DNA of 64,000 bases from Thermoplasmatota archaeon (GTDB lineage Archaea; Thermoplasmatota; Thermoplasmata; UBA10834), in assembly GCA_016930135.1 (NCBI GenBank), contig JAFGHM010000055.1, forward strand, positions 6,335-70,334, written 5' to 3'. The translations under genes were made by a program, and so were the position numbers. Numbering within the stretch: position 1 is the stretch's first letter; each line of letters begins with the position of its first letter. The notes below the pieces were generated by a model. It ran no database searches, was not told where the DNA came from, and saw only the letters and a list, made by a program, of their open reading frames with translations. Shown in pieces: positions 1-9,605 of this stretch.

Positions 1-119
1 TTCAATGTCAGTTGGAAGCGATTCAGTGATGAGAGTCTCGCTCGGTGCAAGTGTCTCGAACAGACAACTGCTGAATGGTGGTTCTATCAAATGAAGGACT
101 AGAAAACGCGAACCCGTCG

Positions 120-1355
120 CATTCTTGCAGTCGTTGATCGTGTTGGTCTCTAGCATTCCACTCGCGGTTTCGGCATCGGGCGCCGACGGTCCGAGCATAG
201 AGCTCAGAATCATGACCTTCAACATCTTCTACGTAGGAGACGAGGTGGATCTCGACACCCTCCACTGGACTATGAACTCAGATGGCAACTAGGAAACGCT
301 CGAGCAGATCGTCGAAACGATTCGAGCATCTGAGGCCAATGTGGTCGACCTCCAAGAAAGTTTCCTGGATGTCAAGCGAATCGCGGACATGCTCGGCTGG
401 TATAGCTGTGAGAGGCTCCAAGTAGTCTAAAGGTCCCGTTAATAGACCCTTCTGGTGTCAATGGCCTGTTCATCTTTGTCGAGCCGATGGAAGGGCAGGT
501 TGCACCGCTTGCGAACGTGCATCTGCCAGCTGATCCATATGGCCCGTACGAGGTCCGAGACGGGGCATCGCTGGAAGAGGTGCTCGAAGTCGAGGAGACT
601 CTGCGGCTTGAGGGATCACACGAATCGCCGGCAATCCCGACGTTGGCGTTTTTGTTAATCCTTGACCGTCGAATCATCGCGCCGTGATTTCAACCTTCGA
701 TGTCGAGCTGAGGGAGATGCCGCTGCGGGTTGCTGTGGACCAGCGCCGCCTTGAGATCGGTGACGACTTGGCCGTTCGCTTCCATGCCTCAGGAACGCCC
801 AACATGCAAGTCGTTGTTGTTCCAGCAGGCGGAGGCCCTGAGACTGCAGCCGACTCGCAGACGACAGGCGGCATCATCGATGGTACACTGACATTCACCA
901 CGGATTTGTTCATGCCCTCCGCATACGAGGCCGCGCTTGTGAGCAAGCAAGGGAAGAAGATCGCGAGCATACCGTTCCGGCTCTACGAGCAGGGGGCAGA
1001 GACCACGGTGACGACTACCAAGAGAGCGTACATGTCGGGAGAGCCCATCGTCGTGTCATGGGCCAACGCACCAGGGTACTTCGGAGACCGGCTCGACATA
1101 TATCACGGTGATATTGAAGGGAAGAACCCCGTCAAGGAGACTGTCTACGCAGGCCATGGTGGTGGGAACATGCGCTACCTGTGCTACGATTACACTCATA
1201 AAGCGATTGAGGGGGCGGCGACATTCTCCGAATAATCATTGCCGGGATACGGCCCATGGCCGCTTAATCCTGGCAGCTATGAAGTCCGGCTGCTACTCGA
1301 CGACGCGTATAGCCTTGTGGGTGTTTCGATGCAGTTCAAGGTGGTCCAGGCGTGA
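120..1355 (+). pseudogene. Degraded copy of the secreted endonuclease/exonuclease/phosphatase (EEP) family gene at 24270-25949
   Basis: Colinear peptides ELRIMTFNIFY, LANVHLPADPYGPYEVRDGA, RRLEIGDDLAVRFHASG and GGGNMRYL match the intact paralog. Stops: TAG 290-292, TAA 428-430, TGA 663-665, TAA 1233-1235; also frameshifts and a ~349-bp internal deletion. 5' boundary approximate. Confidence 0.9.
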
Positions 1356-1817
1356 TCCACTTCCTCTGAGGCAGGCAAGAAGGGTCGCGTCGGTTCTATC
1401 AGCATGCGGTCTCTTCACTGAGTCCGTGTAGGCTTCTTGTGAGCTGCTCGTCTCTCTGACTGCATGACCACACGAAGCGAACGCGTTTGGTGCGGAACCT
1501 CAAAGCTGAGCAGATAGACAACATGTGCGACGAACAAGAGCAGAGAGACCCTGCTATTGTTCGCACGCGGAAGTTCGTTCTCTGCAATCGCTCCTTATCC
1601 TATTGGTAGCCAAAAGGATTAGCTTCGATTGTCAGTAAATTCCGGGAAGCAATAGGACTATCTTCTATCGTTCGACTATCTGCCGGTATGTGAAGCCGAG
1701 AGCTTCTTTTACTAGTAGATTCGGGGCAAGGATCCAGTATTTCGCACATTTTAATCCAGATTGCGCGATTAATATTTGGCCGCAGTTCGAATCCGTTCTG
1801 CGGTTGTCACAGTCATG

Positions 1818-2630
1818 CTAAGCCTTGCCAATGATGAACAGATATGATGCTGATGCCAACCCGAACTCCGCTATCGTCTCCTTGATCCTCTCCCCTTCTT
1901 CCTTCAGGCGGTTTCGGATTTCCGCATCAGGGTAGTCCTCTATCCTCCTCACTGTGTCATCTATCTCCTTGATCGAATCGTGGTATGTTGCCTGATTCTT
2001 GGGATCTTCGCACTCGTATCTCCTCTCGCAGAATAGGCAGTCGACGGAGTGTGTAGAATCATAGACCTCCAGCTCCCTCAGCTCTAGACTGCTCACGGTG
2101 TTCATGATCCTCTCTCTGCTGAAGGTCTTGTTGTGGGTGACGCCGAGCAGAGAGTCGATCCGCGCCTGCCATTCATGCTGAAGTGTGTCCGTTCTCTGGG
2201 CCTCGGTCTGGTTTCCATCGCAGTACATCTCCTGGAGTAGGAAAGAACCGCCGGTCCGCAATACGCGTCTCATCTCCCCCAATACCTTGTCGACGTCCGC
2301 GAGATGATGCAGGGAATGGGATATGCAGACAGTGTCAAAGGATTCGTCTCCGAACTTCAAGTCCTCCGCGTTCATCTCAAGGAAATCCACTGGCTTCCCT
2401 TGGAACCGTCTCCTCGCCGATTCCATCTCCTCCCTTGAGGCAGCCGAAGGGCAGTAGTCTACCCCGACCAGGGAGTCGTAATCCCTCAGGGTCTTCATCA
2501 GCGTGTCAATGAATGCGCCATTGCCCGTGCCAACATCCAGTATTCTGCCGCCTGAGATGGTCCCCAGCCTCTTGGCAATCACGCCCGCGTTGGATGATGC
2601 GACTCCCTTGGGCAAATCCGCTACTTCCAT
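1818..2630 (-). CDS. Class I SAM-dependent methyltransferase
   Basis: Motif I ILDVGTGNG; FGDESFDTV; SLHHL; EMRRVLRTGG. Confidence 0.9.
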   Translation of the reverse strand: MEVADLPKGVASSNAGVIAKRLGTISGGRILDVGTGNGAFIDTLMKTLRDYDSLVGVDYCPSAASREEMESARRRFQGKPVDFLEMNAEDLKFGDESFDTVCISHSLHHLADVDKVLGEMRRVLRTGGSFLLQEMYCDGNQTEAQRTDTLQHEWQARIDSLLGVTHNKTFSRERIMNTVSSLELRELEVYDSTHSVDCLFCERRYECEDPKNQATYHDSIKEIDDTVRRIEDYPDAEIRNRLKEEGERIKETIAEFGLASASYLFIIGKA

Positions 2631-2763
2631 TTCATCAGAGACCTGGACGTGGATTGTACCCGGTCTTTAAGAGCCTTCCTAGGTGCTCTGCGGTGCTGGA
2701 ACCTCCGCCCGAGGATAAGAACATAGGGGAGGAAAGGCAATAGGGGCCGAGGAGCAAGAGATC

Positions 2764-3045
2764 ATGGAGAAGACCAAGGTGAATACCCCCGCCGGACCAA
2801 CAGACGCTGTCGAGCTGGAGTTCAAGGTCAAGAGCGAGCCGTGGACTACATTGGAGTTGGAAGATGGCACGACACTGCATGTCAAGATCAACATAGGGAA
2901 GGTCTTCCGGCTGGAGCAGTATGACCAGATGACTGGAGAACCCGCGTATGTGTTCAGGTCCAACAACATAGTCCGGTCCCAGGTGCCTGCCAAGCTCAAG
3001 AAGTTCCAGAGCTATCCAAAGGCGACGAACGAAGATGTTGCGTAG
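2764..3045 (+). CDS. Hypothetical protein (93 aa)
   Basis: GAGGAG RBS upstream of ATG; protein-like composition (EPWTTLELEDG...GEPAYVF). Confidence 0.7.
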   Translation: MEKTKVNTPAGPTDAVELEFKVKSEPWTTLELEDGTTLHVKINIGKVFRLEQYDQMTGEPAYVFRSNNIVRSQVPAKLKKFQSYPKATNEDVA

Positions 3046-3108
3046 TTAGGTTTGACGAGTGGGAGAGACCTGGGAAAGGAAAAACGTTGGCGGCTTGGGG
3101 GAACGCCG

Positions 3109-3594
3109 ATGACGAGATCTAGGAGGGCTTCGGGAAGTCGGCCAAAGGGCAAGTCGGCAGCATTCGAGAACGTGAAGAATCAGCTGGCCTATTGTGGGCT
3201 GTGGTGTGGAAGCTGCTCTGTCGGGAACGGCACCGTGAACGAGCTCTCCCGTAGGTGCGCCCAGACCATCACCGACTACGGGGTGAATGAGTGGGGGCCC
3301 AAGGAAGTCGACTACAAGGCCATGCTGAAAGCGCTCGCTATCGTGAGCACAATGGGGCCCTGCCTCGGGTGCCTGAAGGGAGGAGGCAGGACCGGCTGCG
3401 AGATCCGTGCCTGCGCTATCAAGAAAGGTATCACGGAGTGCGTTGATTGCGCAGACCAGGATTCGTGCCCGAATGGCAAGATCCTTCATCATATGCGCTC
3501 AGGAGCCCTGCGAGTGGGCATGAAGGTCAAAGACAAGGCCGGCGACTCCTCGAAAATCCTAGCTGATTGGATTGCCGAGGTGGATAGCGTCTAG
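3109..3594 (+). CDS. DUF3795-like Cys-rich protein
   Basis: YCGLWCGSC...CLGC...CEIRACAIKKGITECVDC...C pattern; ATG 3109 follows GGGGGA. Confidence 0.8.
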   Translation: MTRSRRASGSRPKGKSAAFENVKNQLAYCGLWCGSCSVGNGTVNELSRRCAQTITDYGVNEWGPKEVDYKAMLKALAIVSTMGPCLGCLKGGGRTGCEIRACAIKKGITECVDCADQDSCPNGKILHHMRSGALRVGMKVKDKAGDSSKILADWIAEVDSV

Positions 3595-3727
3595 TTCATC
3601 TGTGACGGCTTCGCGACATCAGCAAAACCGTACTTTGTCAGAATCTGATTCTCAGCCTTGGAAAAGACCAGGGAGAGGAAGGGCGGAAAGGAAGAGGTTT
3701 GCGTTCACATTCGCTGGGACGTGATGC

Positions 3728-4363
3728 TCATGGGGGAGGCCACGGAAGATCTACCCCATCCTGGCCCGGAGCCACTCCGAAATCAACAAGGTTCACGATC
3801 CATTCTCCGACTGAACCCAATGGGCCCCACCAGAGTCGGACTGCTGGGCTCCACCAGAGACCAGCCAAGTCGCCCACCAGGTCTTGGGACAAATCCACCT
3901 GGAATTTCGTGCCATCAATTGTGAACGACACCGGTGTCGAGACCATCGTGCTGACATCGAGCAGAATCGCAGAGTAGCTCGATCCATCGTAGTACAGCGA
4001 GAACGTGTATAGCGGCGCACTCATTGGATACGAGTCAATCCACAATAGCCATTCCGCAGTCTTGATTGGGATAGGTAATGCAGAACCCTCCTCGGGAAGC
4101 ACGGAAGCGAGTTCCATGCCGAACGTGTAGGTCTTTCCCTTCTGCGAGAGCCAAGTAGAGATCATGTCGAAGTATCCCGTCTTGGCCACAGCCGTATTGT
4201 CCGCCCAGTATTGACTCGGATCGTTCACATGCGCCCAGGAGTTCCGGCCTACGTCCCCTGTGCCATCCGCGACCTTCATTGTCAAAGTCCCGGCCGATGC
4301 CGGCATTGCCAGCATCAATCCCACTACGAACGCGCTCAGTAACGTCACTGCTATTTTCCTCAC
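3728..4363 (-). CDS. Hypothetical secreted protein
   Basis: GAGGAGG RBS; signal peptide MRKIAVTLLSAFVVGLMLAMPASA; beta-rich D..GD / FDM segment. Confidence 0.8.
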   Translation of the reverse strand: MRKIAVTLLSAFVVGLMLAMPASAGTLTMKVADGTGDVGRNSWAHVNDPSQYWADNTAVAKTGYFDMISTWLSQKGKTYTFGMELASVLPEEGSALPIPIKTAEWLLWIDSYPMSAPLYTFSLYYDGSSYSAILLDVSTMVSTPVSFTIDGTKFQVDLSQDLVGDLAGLWWSPAVRLWWGPLGSVGEWIVNLVDFGVAPGQDGVDLPWPPP

Positions 4364-4571
4364 TTGCTCCCTCCTCCTCGAACCGCCGACGAGGCAAGAT
4401 GTGAACGGCGATATGATGCCTTATCGGTTTGTCAAGCAGCCGATTGACATATGAGGAGGGCGGGCGCCGGTGTCGAAAAAGCCTCTATGTTGAAGTGTCC
4501 CCGCGCCTAGAATGCATCGCGTTTCACGTCCTTCTGATTTGCCTCCGTTCGGGTTTCGCTTTGATCGGGGT

Positions 4572-4693
4572 TCGGACATGCCTCTATTCGCGGTTTTCCC
4601 GCACTATGGTCACTTCGTCCCTTGTCAGGGATGTGCCACAATCCATAGGTCGCACTCTCAGTGCAGGTCTTTTACGGGGTTGAATCCGTGACT
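4572..4693. repeat. Dispersed ~122-bp intergenic repeat, copy 1 (copy 2 at 37769-37891)
   Basis: Direct alignment: CTCTATTCGCGGTT(T/C)TCCCGCACTATGGT(C/G)ACTTCGTCCCTT(T)GTCAGGGATGTGCC..CAATCCATAGGTCGCACTC. Confidence 0.9.
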
Positions 4694-5042
4694 AAAATAT
4701 CGTATGGTCTTTCGACTATTCGAATCCTGCGAACGCGAGGGGACGTTTTCATCATAACATCCATAGAGGGAGGAAAGGCGACCGATGTTCAAATCTAACC
4801 TCCGAACTCTGGGAATGTCCGAGTCAGATGTTCCTTGAATCGCACCGCAACTCTGCGATTCATGTGCTTAGCCAAGTAGCTTGATATCCCTTCGAGAAGA
4901 CCGGATTCGCTAGATGTGGAGGGGTCAACAGCATGTACGAAGACGATGTCGCCAATCCAGGGTCCAGTCGCAAACAGAGGCAGAATCCGGCTTGATGTGC
5001 GAGGATGCTATTCGAAACGCTTATGTTGTGTGAACCCCTCGC

Positions 5043-6041
5043 GTGACCTCTATGGGAGGAGAATTGGTCGCCAGCCAGACGTCAAGTGCCGGCGTGAACA
5101 CGATTCATGTCTCCGCGAAGGAGGTGACCGTTGCATACGGGCCAGTTGTGGCTCTCGACGGGTTCACGGCAGACATTCCCCGCGGCATTGTCGGTCTCTT
5201 GGGGCCGAACGGTGCGGGCAAGAGCACCTTCATCAAAGCCTGTCTGGGGCTGCTATCCCTCGATCGGGGCGCCATCTCCGTTGGCGGGTTCGACTCTCAG
5301 GCCCAGAGCCTCCTGATCCGGGACAGAGTTGGCTACATGCCCGAACACGACTGCCTAATACAGTCCGTTAACGCAGTGGAGCTCGTGTCCCACTTGGGGA
5401 TGATATCCGGGATGATATCGCTCGACGCGATGCAGCGCTGCCACGAGGTGCTGGACTTCGTCGGGATCGGCGAGGAGAGGTACAGGCCCATCAAATCGTA
5501 CTCGACCGGCATGAAGCAGAAGATCAAGCTCGCCCAGGCGATAATCCACGACCCTGAGTTGCTGTTCTTGGATGAACCGACCAGCGGGATGGACCCACAA
5601 GGACGCGAGGAATTGCTGGACCTCGTGAAGAAGATGGCGTCCTCAGAGAAAACGATCATCGTCTCCTCTCACATACTCCAGGACGTCGAGCGCGTCTGCG
5701 ACTACGCCGTGATAATCGATAGCGGGAGGCTGGTCAAGTCCGGCGACATGAGAGCGCTCTTGGCCGGAGAGGAGGGTGTCAGAAGCATATCCGTCCGAGG
5801 AGACGCGCCTTCCCTGCAGCGATATGTCAAGGCATTGGAGAAGCTGTGCAGGATAATCGACAAGAAGGACGATGTTGTGGGTCAGCTCACCCTCCTGGTC
5901 CGGGGATGCGAGGACGGCAGGCTGGTTTTTAGGTTGGCCGCGGAGAACGGCGTCCAGATGAGGAGGTTCCACCCGGAGAGGCTTGACCTCGAAGAGGTTT
6001 TCCTACGCGCGTTCAGAGGAGGTGGCCGGGATGGGCATTAG
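5043..6041 (+). CDS. ABC transporter ATP-binding protein (ABC-2/drug-exporter type)
   Basis: Walker A GPNGAGKS, signature YSTGMKQK, Walker B LLFLDEP, H-loop SSH; start may be ATG 5052. Confidence 0.95.
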   Translation: MTSMGGELVASQTSSAGVNTIHVSAKEVTVAYGPVVALDGFTADIPRGIVGLLGPNGAGKSTFIKACLGLLSLDRGAISVGGFDSQAQSLLIRDRVGYMPEHDCLIQSVNAVELVSHLGMISGMISLDAMQRCHEVLDFVGIGEERYRPIKSYSTGMKQKIKLAQAIIHDPELLFLDEPTSGMDPQGREELLDLVKKMASSEKTIIVSSHILQDVERVCDYAVIIDSGRLVKSGDMRALLAGEEGVRSISVRGDAPSLQRYVKALEKLCRIIDKKDDVVGQLTLLVRGCEDGRLVFRLAAENGVQMRRFHPERLDLEEVFLRAFRGGGRDGH

Positions 6042-6852
6042 CCCGATCGAGTACCATCCCTGGAAGGGGGAGAGGATCGCCCTTAACCTACGGTTCTATG
6101 TCATCGCCCGGAGCATCCTGAGGCACAAGATCAGGTCGGCCGGTGTGCTCGTGCTTCTTATCCTCGGGTTTCTGCTCGCCCACACTCTGTATCTGATCAT
6201 GTTCATCTTGTCACCGCACGAGAGGCTGGAACCAACGGACATGAGCTCCTACTTGGGGAGTGGCATGTTCACGGTTTTCGCCATGCTCCTGGCTGCCGTT
6301 GTTACATCGGACCTCATATCGGAGGACCTTGCGAGCAACTCATTCGTACTCTACTTCGCGAGGGCGCTCAAGGTGAGGGATTATATCATGGGCAAGGCTG
6401 TTGGCGCGTTGCTCGTGATGAGCCTCTTGTGCCTTTTCCCTCCGATCCTGGTCGCTATCGTCTCGATGGTGACTCAGACCGGCGACGACTACGTGTACAG
6501 CCTCGGTGTCCTGTGCAAGACTGCTCTTATCGGCGCGCTCGTAACCGTGTTCTTCGTCCCATTCGGGCTGATGGTCTCGTGCTTCACCAAGAGGAAGAGC
6601 TACGCTGCAGTCGGGACATTCATGTCGTTCTTCGTCCTGGCAATAGTCGCGGGCATCTTCTCCCAGTTCTCGAATGCTTGGACGATCGTGAGTCCGATAG
6701 ACTCGTTGGCCATCCTCTTCAGATGGTTCCTCGAGGGCAAAATCCCGACTTACGTCGACGAGGTGGCCCTCGTTCTAATCATAACCTTCTTAATGGTGGT
6801 GCCCGCAGCGGTGGTGTACTACAGGCTCACCAGGCAGGTGATCGGGAAATGA
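6031..6852 (+). CDS. ABC-2 type transporter permease
   Basis: About 6 TM segments; LISEDLASNSFVLYFARAL..DYIMGK motif; ATG 6031 after GGAGGTGG. Confidence 0.9.
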   Translation: MGISPIEYHPWKGERIALNLRFYVIARSILRHKIRSAGVLVLLILGFLLAHTLYLIMFILSPHERLEPTDMSSYLGSGMFTVFAMLLAAVVTSDLISEDLASNSFVLYFARALKVRDYIMGKAVGALLVMSLLCLFPPILVAIVSMVTQTGDDYVYSLGVLCKTALIGALVTVFFVPFGLMVSCFTKRKSYAAVGTFMSFFVLAIVAGIFSQFSNAWTIVSPIDSLAILFRWFLEGKIPTYVDEVALVLIITFLMVVPAAVVYYRLTRQVIGK

Positions 6853-7799
6853 CTGTCCAGGAGGGCGGCCCAGAGCCGATAATCCAGGCGCGGGCATTGA
6901 GCAAATGGTACGGGCAGGTGATTGGGCTCAACAACTTCGCGGTAAGAGTCATGCCCGGGATAACGGGCATAGTGGGCCCCAACGGCTCGGGGAAGAGCAC
7001 GTTTTTCAAGCTGGTCCTCGGGCTGATCAAGCCGAACGCGGGCAGCATAACCGTCCTTGGCAAAGGCCCTTGGAAGAACCCCGAACTGCACTCATCAATC
7101 GGCTTCTGTCCGGACTACGAGTCGCTCCCGACCGATTCGACCGGGCGGGAGTACCTGACGCTCATAGGGAAATTGCACATGATGCATGGGACCGCCCTCG
7201 CGGACCGTATCAACGAGGTTGTCAGGCTGGTCGAGATGGGCAAGGCCGTTGACAGGAGGACTGGGGGTTACAGCAAGGGCATGAAGCAGAGGATGAAGAT
7301 AGCGGGGGCGATGCTGCACGACCCCAAGCTCCTGATACTCGACGAACCCCTGAGCGGGACCGACCCGCTCGTGCGCAAAGACATCATAGACCTCATCAAG
7401 AGGCTCAACAAGGAGCACGAGCACGACATAATAGTCAGCTCCCACGTGCTGTTCGAAATCGAGCGGATGACGCATGACGTTGCGCTTGTCTACAGGGGCA
7501 GGACCATCGCATCCGGGGACATATCTGAGATACGGAACCTCATCGACAGGCACCCTCACAACATCATCATAGAGGGGCAAGGGACCACCGCACTGGCCAA
7601 GATGCTGCTCGACCAGGACTATGTCGTTTCCGTGAGGTTCAACGAGAGCAAGGACAGCGTGACCGTCCAGGTGTCAGAGCCGAACCGATTCTTCGATGGC
7701 CTCCCGGCTCTCATTGAGAACGCCCAGTGCTCGGTGACGAAGATGTACAGCCTAGACGACAACCTGGAGGCGGTCTTCAGGTATCTCGTGGGGGGATAG
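6849..7799 (+). CDS. ABC transporter ATP-binding protein
   Basis: GPNGSGKS, YSKGMKQR, LLILDEP, SSH; ATGA overlap with the upstream stop. Confidence 0.95.
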   Translation: MTVQEGGPEPIIQARALSKWYGQVIGLNNFAVRVMPGITGIVGPNGSGKSTFFKLVLGLIKPNAGSITVLGKGPWKNPELHSSIGFCPDYESLPTDSTGREYLTLIGKLHMMHGTALADRINEVVRLVEMGKAVDRRTGGYSKGMKQRMKIAGAMLHDPKLLILDEPLSGTDPLVRKDIIDLIKRLNKEHEHDIIVSSHVLFEIERMTHDVALVYRGRTIASGDISEIRNLIDRHPHNIIIEGQGTTALAKMLLDQDYVVSVRFNESKDSVTVQVSEPNRFFDGLPALIENAQCSVTKMYSLDDNLEAVFRYLVGG

Positions 7800-7803
7800 A
7801 AGC

Positions 7804-8562
7804 ATGGACGTGAAGAGAGTCCTCGTCGGAATACTCGCGCTTACACTTCACTACACGAAGAAGCTGCTGTTCGGCAGGAAGGTGGTAATCACCATCCTCG
7901 TTGGGCTGTTCGTCGCCGCCGTCATGGCCTACGCAGGGTCGCAGAGCCATGCCCCACTCGAGGACGGGACGAACATGATGGATACACTCATTCTCTTCTT
8001 CTTCATGCCAGTCATGGCGATGATCTTCGGCTCCTCGCTGATACGTGATGAGATCGACGACAAGAGCATCACGCACATCGCGACGGCACCTCTGGACCGC
8101 GCGTTCACTTATGTTGGATACTACCTTCCTTTGGGGATTGCAGTCGCGGTGTCTATGGTGTCGATCAGCTCAGTTGGCATGCTAGCTTTTTTTGGACAAC
8201 ATGGAGTGGGCTCTGAGGCGTTCGAGATATATTTGGAATTCGTCGCCCTCGTCGTCATCGGGTCGTTTGTGTACTCGTCGCTGTTCCTAGCGATCGGCGT
8301 GTTGTTTCCGAAACCGGTCATGGTTGGCCTATTCTACGCGTTCATTTGGGAAGGATTCATCGGGTCTTTGCCTGGCGCGATCCAGAATGCCTCAATCAAG
8401 CACTACCTCAGGAGTGTGGGATGCGGATGGGTGGATTTCGGAAGCATCAGCAGATGGGACCAGGCGTCCAGCGTGTCGGGGTCTGCCGCCGTGTTGCTAT
8501 GCTTGGCGCTCTTCTTCCTCGTATCGGGAGTGTATCTCTTCAGGGAGAAGGAACTCGCCTAG
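7804..8562 (+). CDS. ABC-2 type transporter permease
   Basis: Multiple TM helices; LIRDEIDDKSITHIATAPLDR motif; last gene of the 4-gene operon. Confidence 0.9.
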   Translation: MDVKRVLVGILALTLHYTKKLLFGRKVVITILVGLFVAAVMAYAGSQSHAPLEDGTNMMDTLILFFFMPVMAMIFGSSLIRDEIDDKSITHIATAPLDRAFTYVGYYLPLGIAVAVSMVSISSVGMLAFFGQHGVGSEAFEIYLEFVALVVIGSFVYSSLFLAIGVLFPKPVMVGLFYAFIWEGFIGSLPGAIQNASIKHYLRSVGCGWVDFGSISRWDQASSVSGSAAVLLCLALFFLVSGVYLFREKELA

Positions 8563-8714
8563 AGGAATGAGGAGTTGGGAGCGCAATGGAAGAGGAGATG
8601 CAAACAGCGAGATCCTGGAAAGGCGACGGGTGCGGGGAGATGAGGAGACTGGCTAAGCCTCGGCAGGTACGTTTATTATGCCTGTATGGAAATGAGGCGG
8701 GTAGGTGAGGTTTA

Positions 8715-9605
8715 CTGTCCAGCGATTCTTCAGAGGTCTTCAGAATCGCTCTCGTTCAAATGAGATGCTCGCCAAAGCCCAGAGAGAATGTCACAGCTGC
8801 GAAGCAGGCAGTAGCCGCCTCGTCTGCGGAACATGTGGACCTTTGGATATTGCCTGAGCTGTTCTCGAACCGATACGTTGGCCAGTTCAAAGATCGTGGT
8901 GCTCAGATAGCTCGTCTGCCGGCCCACATGAGTCTTCTGACCGAATTCAAAGAAGTCTCGAAAGAGGCGTGTGCTGCCATTGCCCTTCCATACGCAGAGG
9001 TCCTGGACGACGAGAAGTGCTACAATTCACTCGCGTTGATAGACAAGAACGGGAAGGTTAGAGCCTCATATCGCAAGGTCCATATTCCGGATTCAGAAGG
9101 GTATAGAGAAGACCTATACTTCAAGCCGGGAGACTTGGGGTACGTCGTAGCCAGCCTAGGCGACATCAATATCGGCCTGGGAATATGTTGGGATCAATGG
9201 TTTCCTGAGGTTTCCAGGACTCTGGCCCTCAAGGGCGCCGAGCTGCTGATCTATCCCAGTGCAATAGGTTCCGAGCTGGCAAGGCCTGACTTCGACTCCC
9301 GCCCCGAGTGGGAGCTTGTGATGAGGGCTCAGGCGATAATGAATCGAGTGTTCGTGGCGGCTGTAAACCGCGTCGGCCAAGAGGAGAAGATCAGGTTCTA
9401 TGGAGGTAGCTTCGTTGCCGATCCATGGGGCAGAGTCCTAGGACGCGCGTCCACGAGGAGGCCTGAGACGGTCCTTGTCGAGTTGGACGTTTCGCAGATC
9501 CGAGATGCTCGTTCATTCTTCGGATTCTTCGACACTCGCCAACCGCATACCTACGGAGATCTGGTGAAGCCGAGGAGGGCAGGGCATGACAATGAGAAAC
9601 GCTAG
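8715..9605 (+). CDS. aguB: N-carbamoylputrescine amidohydrolase (carbon-nitrogen hydrolase family)
   Basis: Nitrilase triad motifs LPELF, YRKVHIP, GICWDQWFPE; YPSAIGSE; overlaps aguA. The first strand (FRIALVQM) lies upstream of ATG 8760, so a CTG start at 8715 after AGGTGAGG is proposed. Confidence 0.88.
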   Translation: MSSDSSEVFRIALVQMRCSPKPRENVTAAKQAVAASSAEHVDLWILPELFSNRYVGQFKDRGAQIARLPAHMSLLTEFKEVSKEACAAIALPYAEVLDDEKCYNSLALIDKNGKVRASYRKVHIPDSEGYREDLYFKPGDLGYVVASLGDINIGLGICWDQWFPEVSRTLALKGAELLIYPSAIGSELARPDFDSRPEWELVMRAQAIMNRVFVAAVNRVGQEEKIRFYGGSFVADPWGRVLGRASTRRPETVLVELDVSQIRDARSFFGFFDTRQPHTYGDLVKPRRAGHDNEKR

